Below are positions 63,471-64,000 of a DNA stretch of 64,000 nucleotides, piece by piece. Positions within the stretch are counted from its first letter, which is position 1. Each line of letters opens with the position of its first letter. The position numbers and the translations under genes were made by a program. The stretch is from an uncultured Syntrophus sp. (GTDB lineage Bacteria > Desulfobacterota > Syntrophia > Syntrophales > UBA8958). The stretch spans positions 139,648 through 203,647 of the forward strand of contig CAZNDG010000001.1 of assembly GCA_964571695.1 (NCBI GenBank). Direction: 5' to 3'. The notes below the pieces were generated by a model, which had not been told where the DNA came from, ran no database searches, and was given only the letters and a program-made list of their open reading frames with translations.

Positions 63471-64000
63471 TCAGAAGAACTTCTTGCGCCGCGAAGATGG
63501 CAGGATATTCATCATTTCCCTATACTTCGCCACTGTCCGCCGGGCGATTCTGATTCCCGACGCCTTCAGCAGTGCAACGATTTCGTTGTCGCTCAGCGGT
63601 TTCTTGGGATTTTCATCACTGATCAGCTTGCGAATTTCTTCCTTGACGCTTTTGGAGGCGATGTTTTCCCCGTTGCCCCTGGACAGCCCACTGCTGAAGA
63701 AATATTTCAGCTCAAAAAGACCGGCGGGTGTCTGCATATATTTATTCGTCACCACCCTGCTGATCGTCGATTCGTGCATCTCCACATCCATGGCGATGTC
63801 CCTGAGAACAAGTGGTTTGAGATAATTGATCCCCTTTTCGAAAAAATTTCGCTGATGGTTGACGATGCTTTCCGCCACCTTGTAAATTGTTTTTTGACGT
63901 TGCTGGATGCTCTTGATCAACCAGGTCGCCGACTGGACCCGTTCCTTGATATACCGCTTTCCGGTATCGGCATCCCGGCCGCCGTCCATTCCCGCCATGA
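63471..64000 (-). CDS. rpoN: RNA polymerase sigma-54 factor, C-terminal part (gene continues past window end)
   Basis: ...LKPLVLRDIAMDVEMHESTISRVVTNKYMQTPAGLFELKYFF... is the HTH, and ...IARRTVAKYRE... is the RpoN box. Confidence 0.95.
   Translation of the reverse strand, partial: MAGMDGGRDADTGKRYIKERVQSATWLIKSIQQRQKTIYKVAESIVNHQRNFFEKGINYLKPLVLRDIAMDVEMHESTISRVVTNKYMQTPAGLFELKYFFSSGLSRGNGENIASKSVKEEIRKLISDENPKKPLSDNEIVALLKASGIRIARRTVAKYREMMNILPSSRRKKFF

Overview
This is a 64-kb chromosomal window with no rRNA, tRNA, CRISPR array, transposase or integrase that I could see. All calls come from reading the supplied translations and the DNA by eye, with no database search. Gene content suggests a flagellated, sigma-54-rich Desulfobacterota or deltaproteobacterial-type anaerobe, but that is inference only.

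**Left ~28 kb: motility and signalling.**
- The start of a flagellar rod/ring operon, flgB-flgC-fliE-fliF', runs off the left edge.
- An exported SPOR/TPR protein, a sensorless histidine kinase and a sigma-54 enhancer-binding response regulator form one operon.
- A pilZ-motA-motB operon follows.
- A minus-strand che cluster carries cheD, an HDOD gene, a CheX-like gene, cheY and cheX, headed by a second sigma-54 EBP.
- A plus-strand che operon carries a Cache-MCP, cheR, cheY, a frameshifted cheD, cheB, cheA, cheW and a second MCP.
- Next comes a c-di-GMP/CheX/HDOD accessory block: an HD-GYP gene, PilZ, HDOD, REC, a CheX protein with a long tail, a small exported protein, HDOD and an MBL hydrolase.

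**Middle.**
- A PhaC-like alpha/beta hydrolase with a long N-terminal extension.
- A phosphorelay of a hybrid HK, a REC-TPR protein, a sensorless HK and a REC-HD-GYP protein.
- A MaoC hydratase, a glycine-zipper lipoprotein and a 1246-aa S8/P-domain autotransporter.
- A BKACE enzyme, a patatin lipoprotein and a TolC-MFP-RND efflux operon.
- An apparently exported beta-CASP MBL hydrolase, then sdaA.

**Right.**
- A thioredoxin-fold protein, small Cys-rich and membrane proteins, then SPFH, NfeD, udg and coaBC.
- An M23 peptidase.
- The conserved rapZ-hprK-ptsN-hpf-rpoN' cluster runs off the right edge.

**Observations most worth follow-up.**
1. Five identical-architecture TGG-N8-TTGCA sigma-54 boxes precede the flagellar, stator and both che units, two of them back to back. 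Two EBPs and rpoN are also in the window.
2. HDOD genes are repeatedly embedded with CheY/CheX, PilZ and HD-GYP genes, and no GGDEF or EAL gene is present.
3. An exported or REC-linked TPR protein is translationally overlapped with a sensorless HK twice.
4. An A9-tract frameshift splits the second cheD.
5. A ~190-bp long-hairpin repeat occurs twice, each time just downstream of a plus-strand gene.
6. The sdaA 3' end carries a 97-bp degenerate tandem duplication.

I did not find a compact, clearly novel defence-type system. The novelty candidates here are signalling architectures and non-coding elements.
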